Assembly (NCBI GenBank): GCA_045837725.1
Contig: JBEWZL010000013.1
Location: forward strand, 558,001 to 622,000
Source of the DNA: Vermamoeba vermiformis
Taxonomy: Eukaryota
Direction of reading: 5' to 3'
DNA length: 64,000 bases
Shown: one piece after another, positions 25,260 to 39,077 of the stretch
Numbering within the stretch: position 1 is the stretch's first letter
Layout of the letters: the number at the start of each line of letters is the position of its first letter
Made by a program: the position numbers and the translations under genes
Notes under the pieces: model-generated
Seen by the model: the letters and a program-made list of their open reading frames with translations, nothing else
Database searches by the model: none
Told to the model about the DNA's origin: nothing

Positions 25260-26881
25260 CTACATGACAATGCAGTCCTTTTTCTTATGATCGGAATGAC
25301 TATGATGACCCTTCTTATTATTATGACCGTCATCTTCTTCACGATTATTGTTGTTATTGTTTCCAATCTCTTTGCTATCTTGGCCTAACGCCGCGTCAAT
25401 CAGCCCTCGCCAAATAGTCAACATTGTTTTAATTTTAGCTTCATCAGCACTTTCTTCAATACGAAACTCGAATGGGCCATCTAAATATCAATACTCTCGT
25501 TAGAATTGTAACAAAATAAATCATAAAAATGGAATGCAAACTATCCGGATCTTACTTTCAATTATATTTTTATCGGCGTTCCAATTAAATAATGCGGAGC
25601 CTGCTGCTTCTCCCTAGTGATTATATTATTATTATGAGTTGAACAAATGGCGAGAATATGGATAAACGTACGAAAGGATTGAGTTCGACAATTTTGATCG
25701 TCTTTTCGTCGATCACGGCAAAGTCGACAATGTACGACTCAGCTTCAATTTTGTCCTTAATTTGCTCGTGGAACTCGATTACATGTCTATAAGGAGGTTA
25801 AGTTAAGACGAACATGAAATATTTCAGTGACTTACTTTGCGACCTCATCCTTGTGCTTGACCAAATTAGGAAAGTAACAGCTGGTGTAATATTGCGACAA
25901 TGCATTCAATTTCTTTTTGTGCACAATGCCTCGCAACTCGCCTTCAAGCGGAATATTGATAAATTCTCGGACAACAATGTGAATGCTCCATTCGCCAGTG
26001 TAGTTCAACGCCTGTTTAAAACGATGTCAGATTTTTTTTATCAAATTTATTGATGGATTTCTTACTCTAGTCAAATCGCCAATGATTCTAGCGCTGGCAC
26101 CGAATAGTTGCAAAGCTTCATCGGCACTAGCGACGCTCATACACCTCATAAAGGCTCTGCAAATGGATATTAATAATCGCTCCTAATGTAGCAAATGAAA
26201 TATTGGTTCCACGAAGAGATCCAACGACTTTCCATAAATAGAAATTTTGACGCTTACTTTCGCACGGCAATATGAATGTTATTTTGCGTCTTTTCTTCCA
26301 TACGATCAATTTCTTCTTTAATTATAGGCACAATACGTGAGCTCAACTTGTCAACTGCGTCTTTAGGCGACCTTCAGTAATAATTTAAGATTATGAAATT
26401 TCACCACATTTAGCTGAATACGATACCTTGTTGATAATTTGACGAATGCACGTTTGCCTTGCTTAACAAATTTTGAAATTGCTTCGTCGAGCCTCTATAA
26501 ATATTTATCATTAGAATTGCCGTTAAAAGCCTAAATAATTTAAGATCTTGATTTTACCGTCTTTAAATTAGCCAGATGATTTTTCTGCTCATCGTTCAAG
26601 CCCTTATTAGACCCACTTTTAAGCCAAGCTTCTACTTCTTCGCGAGAGAAATTTATAAAAAATGTTTCGAAAGTAACTTCGCGGATTTGGTCGTAGTATC
26701 GGTCCAAGTTAAAGGAGTACCAATACTTTAGTAAACTTTGCTTCTCTATAATTATAATTACATTAATAAGCGCATTTTGAACAAATCTAAACGATATTTA
26801 AAATTATCGCTAGATTTACTTGCCTTCTTCCGTGTTTCCAGGGATCGTTCCATCATCTAAAGTCATTAATAAAGTACCCAT
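25260..26881 (-). CDS. Cdc123/D123-like (R2K clade) ATP-grasp protein with C-terminal CaaX; absent from the ORF track
   Basis: Spliced translation AFVKLSTRSPKDA, IVVREFINIPLEGELRGIVHKKKLNALSQYY, YIVDFAV, IVELNPF, AGSALFNW, GPFEFRI; ends HKKKDCIVM*. Confidence 0.8.
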
Positions 26882-26987
26882 GCTGATGTTAGGTCTATTG
26901 TGGTTGCGTCTTACGAGTAAGCTGGTCAACTGACAAAATTAACAACACCAAATTAAGGGTAAAAAATCAGAGCTTTATTTGGCGGGC

Positions 26988-28121
26988 TTAAGCACTGTGC
27001 TTGATGTTCTTAGCAGCCCAAGTCTTCAAATCGGTCAAATTAGGATAAATTTTCTTGCATTCAGCGATGTTAGCGCTGTATCCAACCTTTTGGAAGAACT
27101 GGAACATCACTTTCATCTCGTGATCGAGCTTCTCGCAAGGAATTTCATGGAATTTAGTGGCGCCGAGAGCCTTAGTAAACTCTTCCATGGTAAGCTCGTC
27201 GCCTGCTACTTCCATGGCCTTATTTGGCAAGAGATCAGGTTGCTCGAGAGCGATCGCAGTGAAAGCACCAATGTCGTCAGTAGCAATGGCTTGAAGTTTG
27301 TCGGTAGGTCTCATGGGGAGAGAGAATACTCCGTCCTTAATAGTGTTGGGACCAAGGAAGTTTTCCATGAAGTAAACAGGACGGATGATCGAGTAGTGCA
27401 ATCCGGATGCGGCCAAGTACTTCTCTGTTTCGTATTTGCTCTCGAAGTGAGGAATCTTAGTATGCTTATCAGCTGCTCCGACGGAAGAGTAGACCAAGTG
27501 CTTCACTCCTGCGCGTTTGGCAGCGTCGATCGCGTTCTTGCCTTGACGAATCTCGCCGTCAGGGCCGATACCCCAGAAATTGACGACTAAATATACGCCA
27601 TATGCACCCTTGAATGCAGCTTCGAGGGAGGCAGGGTCTTCTAAGTCACCCTTGACGAGTTTTACACCTGATCGTGTCACGCGACGTAAGTATCAATTTT
27701 AAGGCATAAATGCAATTGCAAATAAAAGATCTTCAAGAATATGCTCTGTTTTGCTATAATAATTACCTTTGCTTTCCCATGCTTTCGCTTTCTCGAGATT
27801 GCGTACCAAGCCATGGACTAAAAAATTTTCAAAAATGTCAGAAAAAGCATCATCATCATTCGGAGCAAAAGTAATGGTAAACCAAACATGCGTTTGCAAT
27901 CGGCGTAAAGATCGCGATTTAGACTTCAAAAGAGTCAAATTTGAGTCAGAATCTGATGCGACTTACCTTCGTATTTGCCTCCTGCCAACAAGTGACGTGC
28001 GGTCGCTCCACCTTGTTTACCGGTGATACCAGTGACTACGACAATCTATTCGTAACAAAGAATCAGACAAGGGCATACGAGTTATTTGTAGGCAGATCAA
28101 TCTACTTACAGGTTTGCTCAT
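26988..28121 (-). CDS. NmrA/HSCARG-like NAD(P)-binding protein (4 exons)
   Basis: Spliced N-terminus MSKPIVVVTGITGKQGGATARHLL...VHGLVRN; VKGDLED, HLVYSSV, PHFESK, IIRPVYFMENF. Confidence 0.9.
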
Positions 28122-28726
28122 TTTCGATTACGGATTCGTTTGTGTTGTTTGCTGTTCGTTTGCTTAATCGATAAGACTTCGAGCTTTCGACTAATATTTT
28201 ATATCTTTGATCGTTCTGCCATGTGATTGTGTGCACAGTAGTTTCCATAATTAGTTCTACTTCTAAATCTGTTTGTTCTAGAAGTGCAGTACATTCGAGA
28301 GTCATTTCTTTCTTTCTCGAATATAGCACTATGCTTTAATTATAGTCTATCGCGCTCTGCTCCGATGTCAATCGGCCCTACTAAAATTTCAAGATGAGCA
28401 GCGCGAATTAATTTTTTACTATTAAAAAACATTAAAAATACGTCGACGGTAATAAATATAAGGGTTATTATTACCAAAAGTTAATTCGAATGACTACAAT
28501 TACATTCAATTTAAACACCCTACCATTTCAAAAGGATGCCATCTAGCCGTTGCCCTAATTTCCCAGCTTACGCGCCATTGTTTAACAATATAGCAGTATT
28601 ATTGAAAGTGATTCAATATTAATATAAAAGACCGCCATGTGTGCTTCAGTTTGAAAGATAACGCTATCAAACAATTTTCGGACTTCAAATTATTCTTGTT
28701 GATAGTGTACATAATATAATTTAATA

Positions 28727-29545
28727 ATGTCACAAGACGGTGCTGTAAGTTTGGAATCCGTATGTAATGCTAAGATAGAACAGCGAGATCTAACATCTGT
28801 GTAGAAAGTTAAATTCTCTTTGGAGGAGGTCAATAAAATTGTCAAAGAGGTAATAATATAATCTAATGGATTCAATAATATATACTGCGTACATGATTGT
28901 AGAAGCTGAATTTGAATTTAAAAGATATTTTTGTAATTTAATTTTTGCCAATTACACGCTGCTCCAATGCTGCATTTTATCGTTATAAATCAGTAATTTA
29001 TTTTTTTTGAATATTTTTTAATTTACTTCTGAATTTTAGAACGTCGAATCCGTACTTGTCAACCAAACTTACCACCCGGGCAAGATATCAGAATGGATGG
29101 ACGAAATTAACAATAAAATTCTCCAACGATTAGCAGAACAGCAAAAGAGCTTTAAATACGTTGGTAAGCCTTCTCATTGCTTTCAAATTCAAACTGGATG
29201 TGCACGTGCTCAGCTGACTCTACCTTCTTTACTAGTGAATAGTGTGCTGATGCAAAAGAAGGAATCGATTAATAATGGTTTGCACGTGAGCAGCGCGTGT
29301 TTATGGGACGTTACTACTGATGGTACGTGAACAAAAATACCGTTTTTGTCCCCGTGTCGGATCCTAACTTGACACATAATACATTGGTCTCGTAAATCTT
29401 TCTGAGTCATACCAATAATATATTATGATATTAGGCGAGACCTCCTAAAGCTAACGCAATATTATATTGAATAGGTGTGTGCACGTACCGATGGGAGAAT
29501 AAGACAATCTTGTGTATCACAAACGTTTTTGGATGTATGATATAA
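28727..29545 (+). CDS. DYNLT1: Tctex-1 family dynein light chain
   Basis: Spliced FSLEEVNKIVKE...FKYVVNSVLMQK...[35 protein letters not shown]. Confidence 0.88.
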
Positions 29546-29704
29546 GCTCTATTTATAAAACTTCTTTAAATATAACATTCAAATTAATATTCACAACGCA
29601 TAAATTAACCACAATCTATTGCTTAATAATTTAAAATATTTCCGCCTTTAGAAAATTTAAGATAAATGTTTGCAATTTTTTGTTTCGATGATAATCGGCG
29701 ACGT

Positions 29705-31553
29705 TTAATGCGTGATATAAGAGTGAAAAATAGTATTTACAACCGTTTCAAAGTTTGCTCCAGGGTGTGTGACATGCGATAAGATCTTGATCCAAAGTTC
29801 GCGCGGAAGCGTCGCCAGCGCTTGATGACTTCGTGCAATGTTGTGGGACAGAATGGCAACTTTGAATTGTGCTTCTGACTTGAGCTGTCTGTTACGCGTT
29901 AAAATTGGCTCGAAAGGACTTGATTCGAACGCAATCTGATCCAGCACATAATTATGTTCCAATTCTGTCATCAACTTGATACGCAATGCATCTTGTGTTA
30001 AAAACTCGTATTGATTAATAGAAATGTTGTTAATCGTCGTATTATATTTCAATCCTTCGCAAAATAATTCGATGCAATTGGCAGACTCCGGATCGCAATA
30101 AATTTCCATTTTTCTCAAAGTCGTGTTGCGAACCAGCATTTTTTTGACACCTGTCATTCCATCGACACCAAATTTCATGTCACCAATGTTAAGCTCGTGC
30201 AGCGAGGTGTTTTTGAGTAATGCGTCACAAATGTATTTCACACCTTCGTCTTGAAATGTGTTTGACATCAAATGAAGACTTCTAAGCACTGTATTATGTA
30301 CCAACAAATCAGCAATAAATTTGCACTGCTCGTCATTCACTCCTGCTCTCGTAAGGTCCAACGCGGTCAAACTTTTGTGATTTTTCAATGCCGTGCACAA
30401 TGGCTGGATTCCAACCAATCCACTATTGTTCGTAGTAGCCAGTAGTTTAAGCGTTGAATTGTGAGCTAAACCATCGCTAAATAGTTGATACTTTGCGTCA
30501 TCAAGTTCGCAAAAATGTAGCTCCAGTGCGGTCAAGCAGGTGTTCGTTTTCAACGACTCGCCAAACGCTCGAGCGCTATTCTCAGAAAATTGCGCTTTGT
30601 TGATATTAAGTTCTGATATTCTAATCTGATTATGACCTAGCGCCTCGCCAATCAGATCTGATTCCTTTGGACCGAGATGATGCAAACTAAGTTTTTCCAA
30701 TGTTGTATTGATTTTTAATCCTGCCACTAATTTTTCCATTTCTTTTGATGTTGCTGAGCTAAGCGGCGAGTAACTTAAAGTGAGATCCAAGATAGATCTA
30801 TTTGTTCCAAGAATTTCGCCGAGTTCTTGATAGCCATTAGGACCATATCCCCACAGCTCCAATACTTTCATTGACTTATGTGCTGATAATACGGGTACTA
30901 CTGGAGTCCAAAATTCCGCAGGCATGTGCTCGCCGAAAATTGTAAGGTGGATCAAGGATTCGTTTTTCAAAGCACATGCTAACGGCTCGCATTCTTCTGG
31001 TTGTATATCAAAAAATATTGTGATTTTTTGGAGGAGTTTTGTATATTGACACGCGCGCAAAACATCGTTGATATTCGCGTTTGGAGCTTTTCTGATCGAT
31101 AGTTGCCGGATGGAGCCTGATCCAACAGCTGCAGCAAATTCAGCCATATTTGATTGACTAAGCCCGCTTCCAAACTCTACTAAAGCAGTAACTAAGCATG
31201 GATGATCTCTAATAACGCTTGATAAGAAGCGCAGATCCTGCTCGCTCTTCAGGTGCCAACCAAGGAAGCTATTCAATAACAACGCATCGTGTATTAAGTG
31301 CCATTTATCCTCAGGAATATTGGTGACATTAAACATTTGGGCGTTTCTTGCCAGTTTGAAGGGTGCATTGCGTTTGAGGGCATCTTCGATCCGTTTAAAT
31401 TCAGGGAGCTAAGTTATAAAGTCAATAATTATTATAAAATACATACATATTCAATTCCTATTTGTCAATATAATTATAAATAGAAAAACGCAATTCAATA
31501 AATTTAGAAGTTTAGATCGATTTTGAACCAACCGGCGTTACCTTACTCTCCAT
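29705..31553 (-). CDS. RI-like (NLRC3-type) LRR protein with C-terminal F-box-like motif
   Basis: About 28-aa repeats LKxNTTLxxLxL; C-terminus LATLPRELWIKILSHV; two tiny 5' exons inferred. Confidence 0.85.
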
Positions 31554-31743
31554 CACAATCCGACTTGCCGTAATTAGTAAGTTTGCTAGTCCTTGACAAG
31601 GCGGATTCGAGTGTATTCCCAGGATTTGTGTTCTACCACAAATAATGGAATTCTGATTTTAAATGCCGTTGCGGGAAGACATTAAACTTTTAGTTCCCAC
31701 ACGTTGCACATAATAATAACACAAACCTCTATTATTACTTTAA

Positions 31744-32524
31744 ATGGAGCACGAGGAGATTGTATTGGATCAGAAACGCGATCCACGAAACAAAGGAACC
31801 AGATACGGAATCAAAGGACGAGGAACCATAAAATTTAATAAATATCAAGAATATAAGGAACGAAATTTTACAGGAGAGATGCAATTGACATCACCGGTGT
31901 CGTCAGTCACTGTCAGTTTGAAAAAAAGAAAAAATTGGGAAATTAGCCAACAATCATTCGATGGTAAGATAATTAATTACATATTCACCAATCATAATCG
32001 CATTATTTCGAATTTTAGAATAATCGCAACTTGTTGGATTTCGTCAACTAACCTCCCGAAATTTAGATAGCGATGTTACTACCCGAGTAGTTATTGCCGA
32101 ACGAAGTAAGAACCTACGTGATGCATGGGATCTCGAAAATAAGGTGCAACAAGAGAGGGAGGCACGATCCAAAGAAGAAGAAAAAGAAGACAAGCCTGAA
32201 ATCGTTAATGGCACGAATAGAAAAGGCTTTTTTGTACGAGAGAAACGAAGGCCTGGTAAAAAGGGCGTAGGCCGAAACACTAACAAATCTGATGGCGAAT
32301 CCAGCTCCAGCGAAGACTCATCTGACTCAGATCCAAACAACGAACAAAACGACAAAGAAGAAGTCGTCCTATGTATATTAAAAGCTCCTAGAAAGAGACA
32401 AGCAGATTTCTGGAACCAAGGCGACGGTGGTTGCAACTGCCGTGGATGCAGAGGGTACGGTGATAAGAACATGACTGCTAGAAACAGAAAACTTGTAAAG
32501 AAAGAAGCAATAGACCTGCTTTAA
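31744..32524 (+). CDS. Charged low-complexity protein of unknown function (model uncertain)
   Basis: Two coding-like ORF segments separated by a GT-AG intron; the obvious acceptor leaves an in-frame TAA near 32021; CNCRGC motif near the end. Confidence 0.4.
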
Positions 32525-32788
32525 TGTAATAATAAATAAACGTTTGAAATAGCGCTGCGCGTCGAATTAAGAATTTAAACGCGAGCATCATCTGTTTACA
32601 TACGAAGTAACTCCGGATTTTGTAGCAATAGTCTTCCTATTATATTCGCTTCCGATCTCAACTTTTGCTAGTTAATTCTAAAGGCGGTTGTGTTGGCGCT
32701 CAAAAAACAAAAAAATCGGTACGAAAACTACGACGAAAAATCTATTTTTATAACGATTCCCTTTTGAGAACAACACAAACCATTCAAA

Positions 32789-35218
32789 ATGAATAAGTTG
32801 TTCGTGATCGTTGCGCTAGGTTTAGTTGCCTTCTCATGCGCCATCAAGCCACTCAAGTTTGACGAATATCCTTTCCAACAACGCCACTTCCCTGAATGGG
32901 TGGATCGTGTTCCCGTTTCTAACGTACGTAATATAATATAATATTATACAGGAAATTTAACCATAATATTGCAATTAACGTGGGTAATATCTTTGCCAAT
33001 TTGATAGTTTTAGTTTAAAAAACTTTTGGCAGGAATGAATTAATTTATTTTGAAGCGAAAAATAATCACGTAATTTCGTATTCAGGGTTGGACCGAAGCC
33101 AATGTTGCCGTTCCTTCGGATGCCGAGATGCATCTGACAATTGCTTTGAAAATTCGCAATGCCGAGCAACTTGAGGTATTATAGTTACTATTTAACCAAT
33201 AAGTTGTACTAACGAGATTTCAGGCTAAATTCTGGTCTGTGTCCGATCCCGACAATTCTGACTACGGTAAAGACTTTGTTGCCTTTTCTGCAACAAAATT
33301 AACGTTATTGACAATTATAGGCAAATATATGACTTTGGAACAATTGGCCTCTTTGATTGCACCTTTGGACTCCGACATTGAAGTTGTTCGCTCATGGTTG
33401 AGATCTTACGGCATCACTTCGATGGAGAGTGTTGTCACCAAGGACTACTTGAACGTTGTTGCTCCTGTCAGCGTCGTCGAAAAGGTACGTTGTGCAAAAT
33501 ATTGTGATGTAATATGACTGGGCAAGAGAGCTGGTCATCCCGCAGCATGCGCACTCGCGATAAACTGATCTCTGATTCTCTTCCGTAGATGTTCCAAGTC
33601 TCCATTCGCTACTTCAAGAACACTTATCGCACCAACGAGGCAATGTTGCTGCGCTCTACTGTCCCCTATTCAATCCCCAAGCACTTGTCGAACTTGATTG
33701 ATGTTGTGTTCGGTATCACTACCTTCCCTGCCACTCGTCCCGTCATCGAAATGTCCAAGCGATCCGTTCAACAGTTCGGACCTAACGTTGACCCTATCGT
33801 CGTCAAGAAGACCATGCACATTGGCTCCTTCAATGGTACTGGTCGTGCTGACAACATTCAAGTAAGTGTGCTTGATACGATGCGGACTGTTATCTTACGC
33901 TTCTCTTTGATAGGCTGTTGCTCAATTCTTGGAGCAATACTACTCCCCCAGCGATCTCTCTCAGTTTTTCCAATCCTACAACTTGCCCAACAACGTAAGT
34001 GTTAGTACTCTAGTAACGCACGCGTGCTCACTATTTCTCGCAGAAAGTTGCTAAAGTCATTGGTCCCAACGATCCCACTAACCCCGGAATTGAAGGTGTG
34101 TTACTACTTTACCATATAATGCGCGTCTCTAACCGGTTACGCATAGCTTCATTGGACATTGAGTACATCATGGGTACTGCCACTGGAGTCAAGACTTGGT
34201 TCTACTACACTGCTGGTCGTCACGCACAACAAGAGCCGTTCTTGCAATGGATTGTTGGCGTTAACAACCAATCTACTTACCCTAATGTTGTCTCTGTTTC
34301 CTACGGCGACTTCGAGGCTTCGTTGTCGCTGAGCTACATGACCAAGTGCAACGTCGAGTTCGCCAAGGCGTAAGTTTGGAGACATTACATCTCACTATCA
34401 CGTGCTCATGTTGACGTAGTGGTGTTCGTGGTATTACCGTGATGTTTGCCTCTGGTGATTCTGGTGTTGGTTGCAATAACTGCGCCATGTTTGTTCCCAA
34501 CTGGCCTGCCAGCAGCCCTTACGTCACTTCAGTCGGCGGTGTGGTGCTTGACAGCGCTAGCCCCTTCCAAGTTGAGGGTGATTCGATCTCATCTGGTGGC
34601 TTCTCTAACGTGTTCTCCACTCCTACTTATCAAGTAAGGCTCCTTCGTGATCTATTGATATTCGTATTAATTGCGCGTGCAGGCCCAAGCTGTTCAAAAC
34701 TTCTTGAAGACCTCATCCAACCTCCCTCCTTCATCGTTCTACAACTCTACTGGTCGTGCCATGCCCGATATCGCTGCCTACTCCGAGAACGTTCAAGTTG
34801 CAGTCGGTGGTAGCTGGACTCCTGTTGGTACGGATCGAGATCCTGTAATTTGTTAGATCTCTAACAGTTTTATAGGTGGTACTTCTTGCGCTTCTCCTAT
34901 TGCTGCCGGCGTCATGTCATTGATCAACGAGGCATTGATGGCCAAGGGCAAGCCCACTCTCGGTTTCGTCAACCCTCTGATCTACAAAATTGCTGCTAGC
35001 AACTCTAAGGCTTTCTATGGTGAGTATCCTACGCATTAATTTATAGTTAAGTGCGAGACATTAACGTGTGCGCACTAGACGTTACTACCGGATCTAACCC
35101 TGACGATTGCTGCCCTGGCTTCCAATGCGTGCCTGGTTGGGACGCTGTCACTGGCTTGGGCATTCCAATGTTCGCTGAGCTTCGCGACGCCATCTTCAAG
35201 ACCTTGAACGTACTCTAA
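32789..35218 (+). CDS. TPP1: Tripeptidyl-peptidase I / sedolisin (S53) precursor
   Basis: Signal peptide; prodomain VSDPDNSDYGKYMT; EASLDIEY, SVSYG, ASGDSG, PASSPYVTSVGG, SGGFSN, GRAMPDI, GGTSCASP, GWDAVTGLG. Confidence 0.93.
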
Positions 35219-35513
35219 GAACTCCCATTGTGGATATTTTGGACTTGTGACTAGGACTTAGAAAATAAACCAGTTAAGAGCCATTCTTCCTTAAATGCTA
35301 ATTACCAATTACGGACTTAAAGAATTGCGCAGGCCTGCTGTCATTGTGAACTGGAAACTTGTTTGTAGTGATTTTTTTCGTTTTTTTTTTTTTGGGGTTT
35401 TTGGCCCCCCCCCCCCCTTTGGGCGCCCCCCCCCTTTCATTGAAGGGTGGTTGTGAGTTTTCTGTCCTTTTCGCGATTTTATTAACTGTTCGAATAGTAA
35501 AAGCACAAGCACC

Positions 35514-38500
35514 ATGGATCTTCTTCCTGAAGAGTGCCTTGATATTATTGTATCTTATCTCGACGCTGTCAGCTTGACACGATTGGGACTTTCTTCGACA
35601 CGTCTTAGATCGTAAGTTTTCACGTTTGTTTCGACAATTTCATTTATTTACTACTTAAACTATATAAATGGTTGCAAAATAGATATTTGCTATTGTCGTT
35701 AAATTGTCGAATTTAATTTTTATTTTTTTTTCAGTTCGTGCTTCTCGCCCCGCTATTGGACCAATGTCGATTTTTCAATTAGCAGTGCACATAATATCAA
35801 TTTGGAATTTATTACAAAATTACCGAAGTTCGCCACAGAACTACAGACTCTCAACATTCAAAAATGCGCGTCAATCAACTTGGATTCGCTAGTCCCCCTT
35901 GGTATGATCTTTAATTTGCAGAATCATTCTGATATATATTTTATAGTATTTCAATTCAAAAGCTTAGAGCTAATTAAGCACGACGGACAACACCGACTTC
36001 TGGATGAGACTGTTGCAGTCAACAGGATGCTTAATAACGCCGATAAATTGCTCGAAATGAGTAAAAATCGTGAAAGTGACCACGTTAATGACTATAGAAC
36101 AACAAAATTTGACAACGCAGGTAAGATTCTTTTTAACAAATCCAACATTTCTCGGATCTTACAACGTGTAAATAGTACGACAAGCCCGAGCACTATTATG
36201 GGATGCTTTGTACGTAGTTGTGGCCAACAAACGAGGCACCAAACATATTCTGAGGGAAGAAGCGAACTTCGACAGTACGTCGTACACCCACCCTTACACG
36301 GAACAATTCTGAGCTTAGACTAACATTTATATAATATAGACATTACTCATCCTCAAGAGAGTCTCGATCTCATTATTAAACGACTACGTGAGACTGAAAA
36401 TATGTTACAGCAACCTTTGAAATTATGGCCCAACACCCTCACGTACGAAACTTCTTTGATTCTTTTGTTCGACTAAACGCAAATTAATCCACCTTTTTCT
36501 TATTAGATGCAAGGCTGCAATCAACGGAACATCGTTCGTCAAAGATCCTCGCACGCAAAAAGTCTATCTCGCGTGTGCCGTGACCGGAGAGATTGTGCTG
36601 TGGGACTTGGCCACCAGATCAGTGTTCAAAGTGTTCAATTACATCGATTCATTTGATATTATTACCAAGAAGGAAGCAAAGAAGGCGCAACAGTTCAAAA
36701 ATGTGTTGCTGTTCAAGCACTCGGATCGAGTTTTATTGTTTGGAGGTACTTCGGTAGGCGCTGTTTGCTGGGACTACGACACAAAGAAAATAATTTACGA
36801 GATTAAAGTACCGATAAAAACTAGCGGGGGTTACACGAGCAAATATTGTAAGTCATATTTTAAGCTTCGTATCTTCGGATCTGACATTTTCCGGATCTTT
36901 TTAGATGCCCAAAACTGGGAAATCACTAACAAAGGCGAAGGCATATTAAAGCATCATGATGGAGCAATCTTGTTTGATCTTGGGACCGGCGAATTTGGAA
37001 AAAAGTTGAGCAAACCCAAAAAGACTCACAAAAATGTTTGGTCTTCATCGAATAACGGCTTGCTATTGACTGGATTAAAAAATGAAGATACCAATACACT
37101 CAAATTAGATATTTTCAACGTATTCACCGAAGAGACAAAACATCTCTTTAAAGTTCAGAACATGCCAGCTGAAGACTACGATGATATTGACGGAAAAATG
37201 CAACTCGATTGGTTTGAAGATCGGCTAATCGCTTTGCAAGCAGGTGATGGAGTTCATATATATCAAACCGAATCAAGTGATGGTAAAGTGTTATTAGCTT
37301 ATTTTCAAATTTCAATGGATCTAACCATCTTTATAGAACACAATTACAAATTGAGTTTAATCATCACGCCTAAGAAGAGAGTATTAGAAGTAAAGTTCCT
37401 TTCGAGCGAATTACTGCTCCTTGACAACGATATCTACAACGTGCGAACAGGTCAGTTGGTGACATTGCCGATCATTTCCAAATCATCTTTATTCAACCAA
37501 ATTTTGTATTTGCATAGGAGCTCTCGAGGTATCATTAGGAAATGGACCAATAGGCAACTTTGTCATTTACAGCCCCGAACTCAAGCTTGTTGTTCGAGTG
37601 CAGCACATCGGACTGGCCAACATCTATGACGTCGAGACAAAACAGAAAGTTGAACTAGAGCCGAGTGGCACGTAGTAGCTGAGACCTATTACCTGCTATA
37701 GAAATCCTAACGCATTTTGTTTTAGTCATGCCTTTGTGCGCCATTTCAAAGTTGACCGATGACACTGTTTTGTTGCACGGAAATAGCGGCGTCTTTGCCT
37801 CTATCATTAACTACCACGGGCGTAACTACGCTAAATGTATGTTGAATTATTCTATTATCATATTCTAACAGGTAATTAGTTGCCCTTAAAGAAAACAAAG
37901 TCCTCGAAACTGTTGACACGCCATTGCAAGTGTTGGACGTGTCTTCAGATGGCAAATACGCACTCGCTCAAAATGAGTGCTACTCTTGGAAAGAGAGACA
38001 CGACGTCATTTTTCGCGTGTTTGAAGTGGAGACGAAGACAGTTGTGTTCGAGAAGAAGTTCTTGGGCGATCTGTCACAGTCAGTCACTTGGTACGTCAGT
38101 GCAGTTGGTCGATTCATGCCAAAACATCCTAATCAAGTCCTATTGGCTCATCCTCAAGGTAAAAAAATCATTAAAAGTACACTAGCTTACGTAATGACGT
38201 TTACTGTAGCCGGCTTTCAAATCTTCGATATTTTCAGTGGAAAACTCGTCCAAGACTTTTCTGGCCCACCTTTTGACGGCTTAGACAATCACGTAAAAAT
38301 CAGCCCAGGCAAGTAATATTTTCATAATATTTATACTGAGATCTTGCAAGAAGTACTAATTCTTTGCAGATGAACGATACGTGCTGTACTATACCGTCCG
38401 TCGAAATATGGGCTGCAATGTAGTGGTAGACCTACTCGAGAGAAAAGTGTACTCTTTGAGCGGTCATACAACCAATGCCGATTCCATTGCATTTAATCCC

Positions 38501-39077
38501 GTCAATCCGAGTCAAGTTGTGACTGCTGGGTGCGGAATCAGAGTGTTTAACTTGCCTAGTACCCAAGTTGCCTTTTACGTCACAAGACAACTCGATGGAC
38601 TTGTCCAAACGGTTCGCGAACCCGAAGATGTATGCAATTGCTAATTCCCTGAAAACTATTTAAACTAACTCAACTCATTTGCAGCTTGTCTGTCTGAAAT
38701 TCTCACCAGACGGAAAGTACTTGGCCGCTTTGGACGCACCTTCACGAGGTCCCTGGGGTCTTGAGATTGTAAGTAGAATATTACTTTTTCGTATTTTAGT
38801 TGCACTTGGGACCTACTATCATCCATATTAATAGCATCATATTTAATGAATTACTATCGGATAGGCAAACACGCTAATTAGGGTGTACGAAACAACGCAA
38901 TTCACTCTCGTGTCATCATTTGACACCGGAGGTCAAGCACGAGCACTCTATTGGACCGATAATGAGCGCGCAATCGTTGGATTAGTCAATGGCGAACTGC
39001 TGACGTTGCAACTAGTAGTGAAAGAGTACTGCAAGCTGTTCCAGTACATTGTTCCTTCACAACGAAAAACCAAATAA
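35514..39077 (+). CDS. F-box protein with short LRR-like segment and long WD40-like propeller region (multi-exon)
   Basis: MDLLPEECLDIIVSYLDAVSLTRLGL; LQTLNIQKCASI; GEIVLWDL, LSGHTTNADSIAFNP, LKFSPDGKYLA. Confidence 0.75.

Noticed and set aside
26979-27590. 203-aa plus-strand ORF
   Set aside because: Antisense shadow of the NmrA-like exon.
26988-27680. NmrA ORF appearing to lack its Rossmann N-terminus
   Set aside because: The missing part is on three upstream exons reaching 28121; the gene is intact.
35370-35440. Runs of T, G and C resembling a G-quadruplex or telomere-like element
   Set aside because: Irregular homopolymers look like low-quality consensus sequence; no fixed repeat unit.
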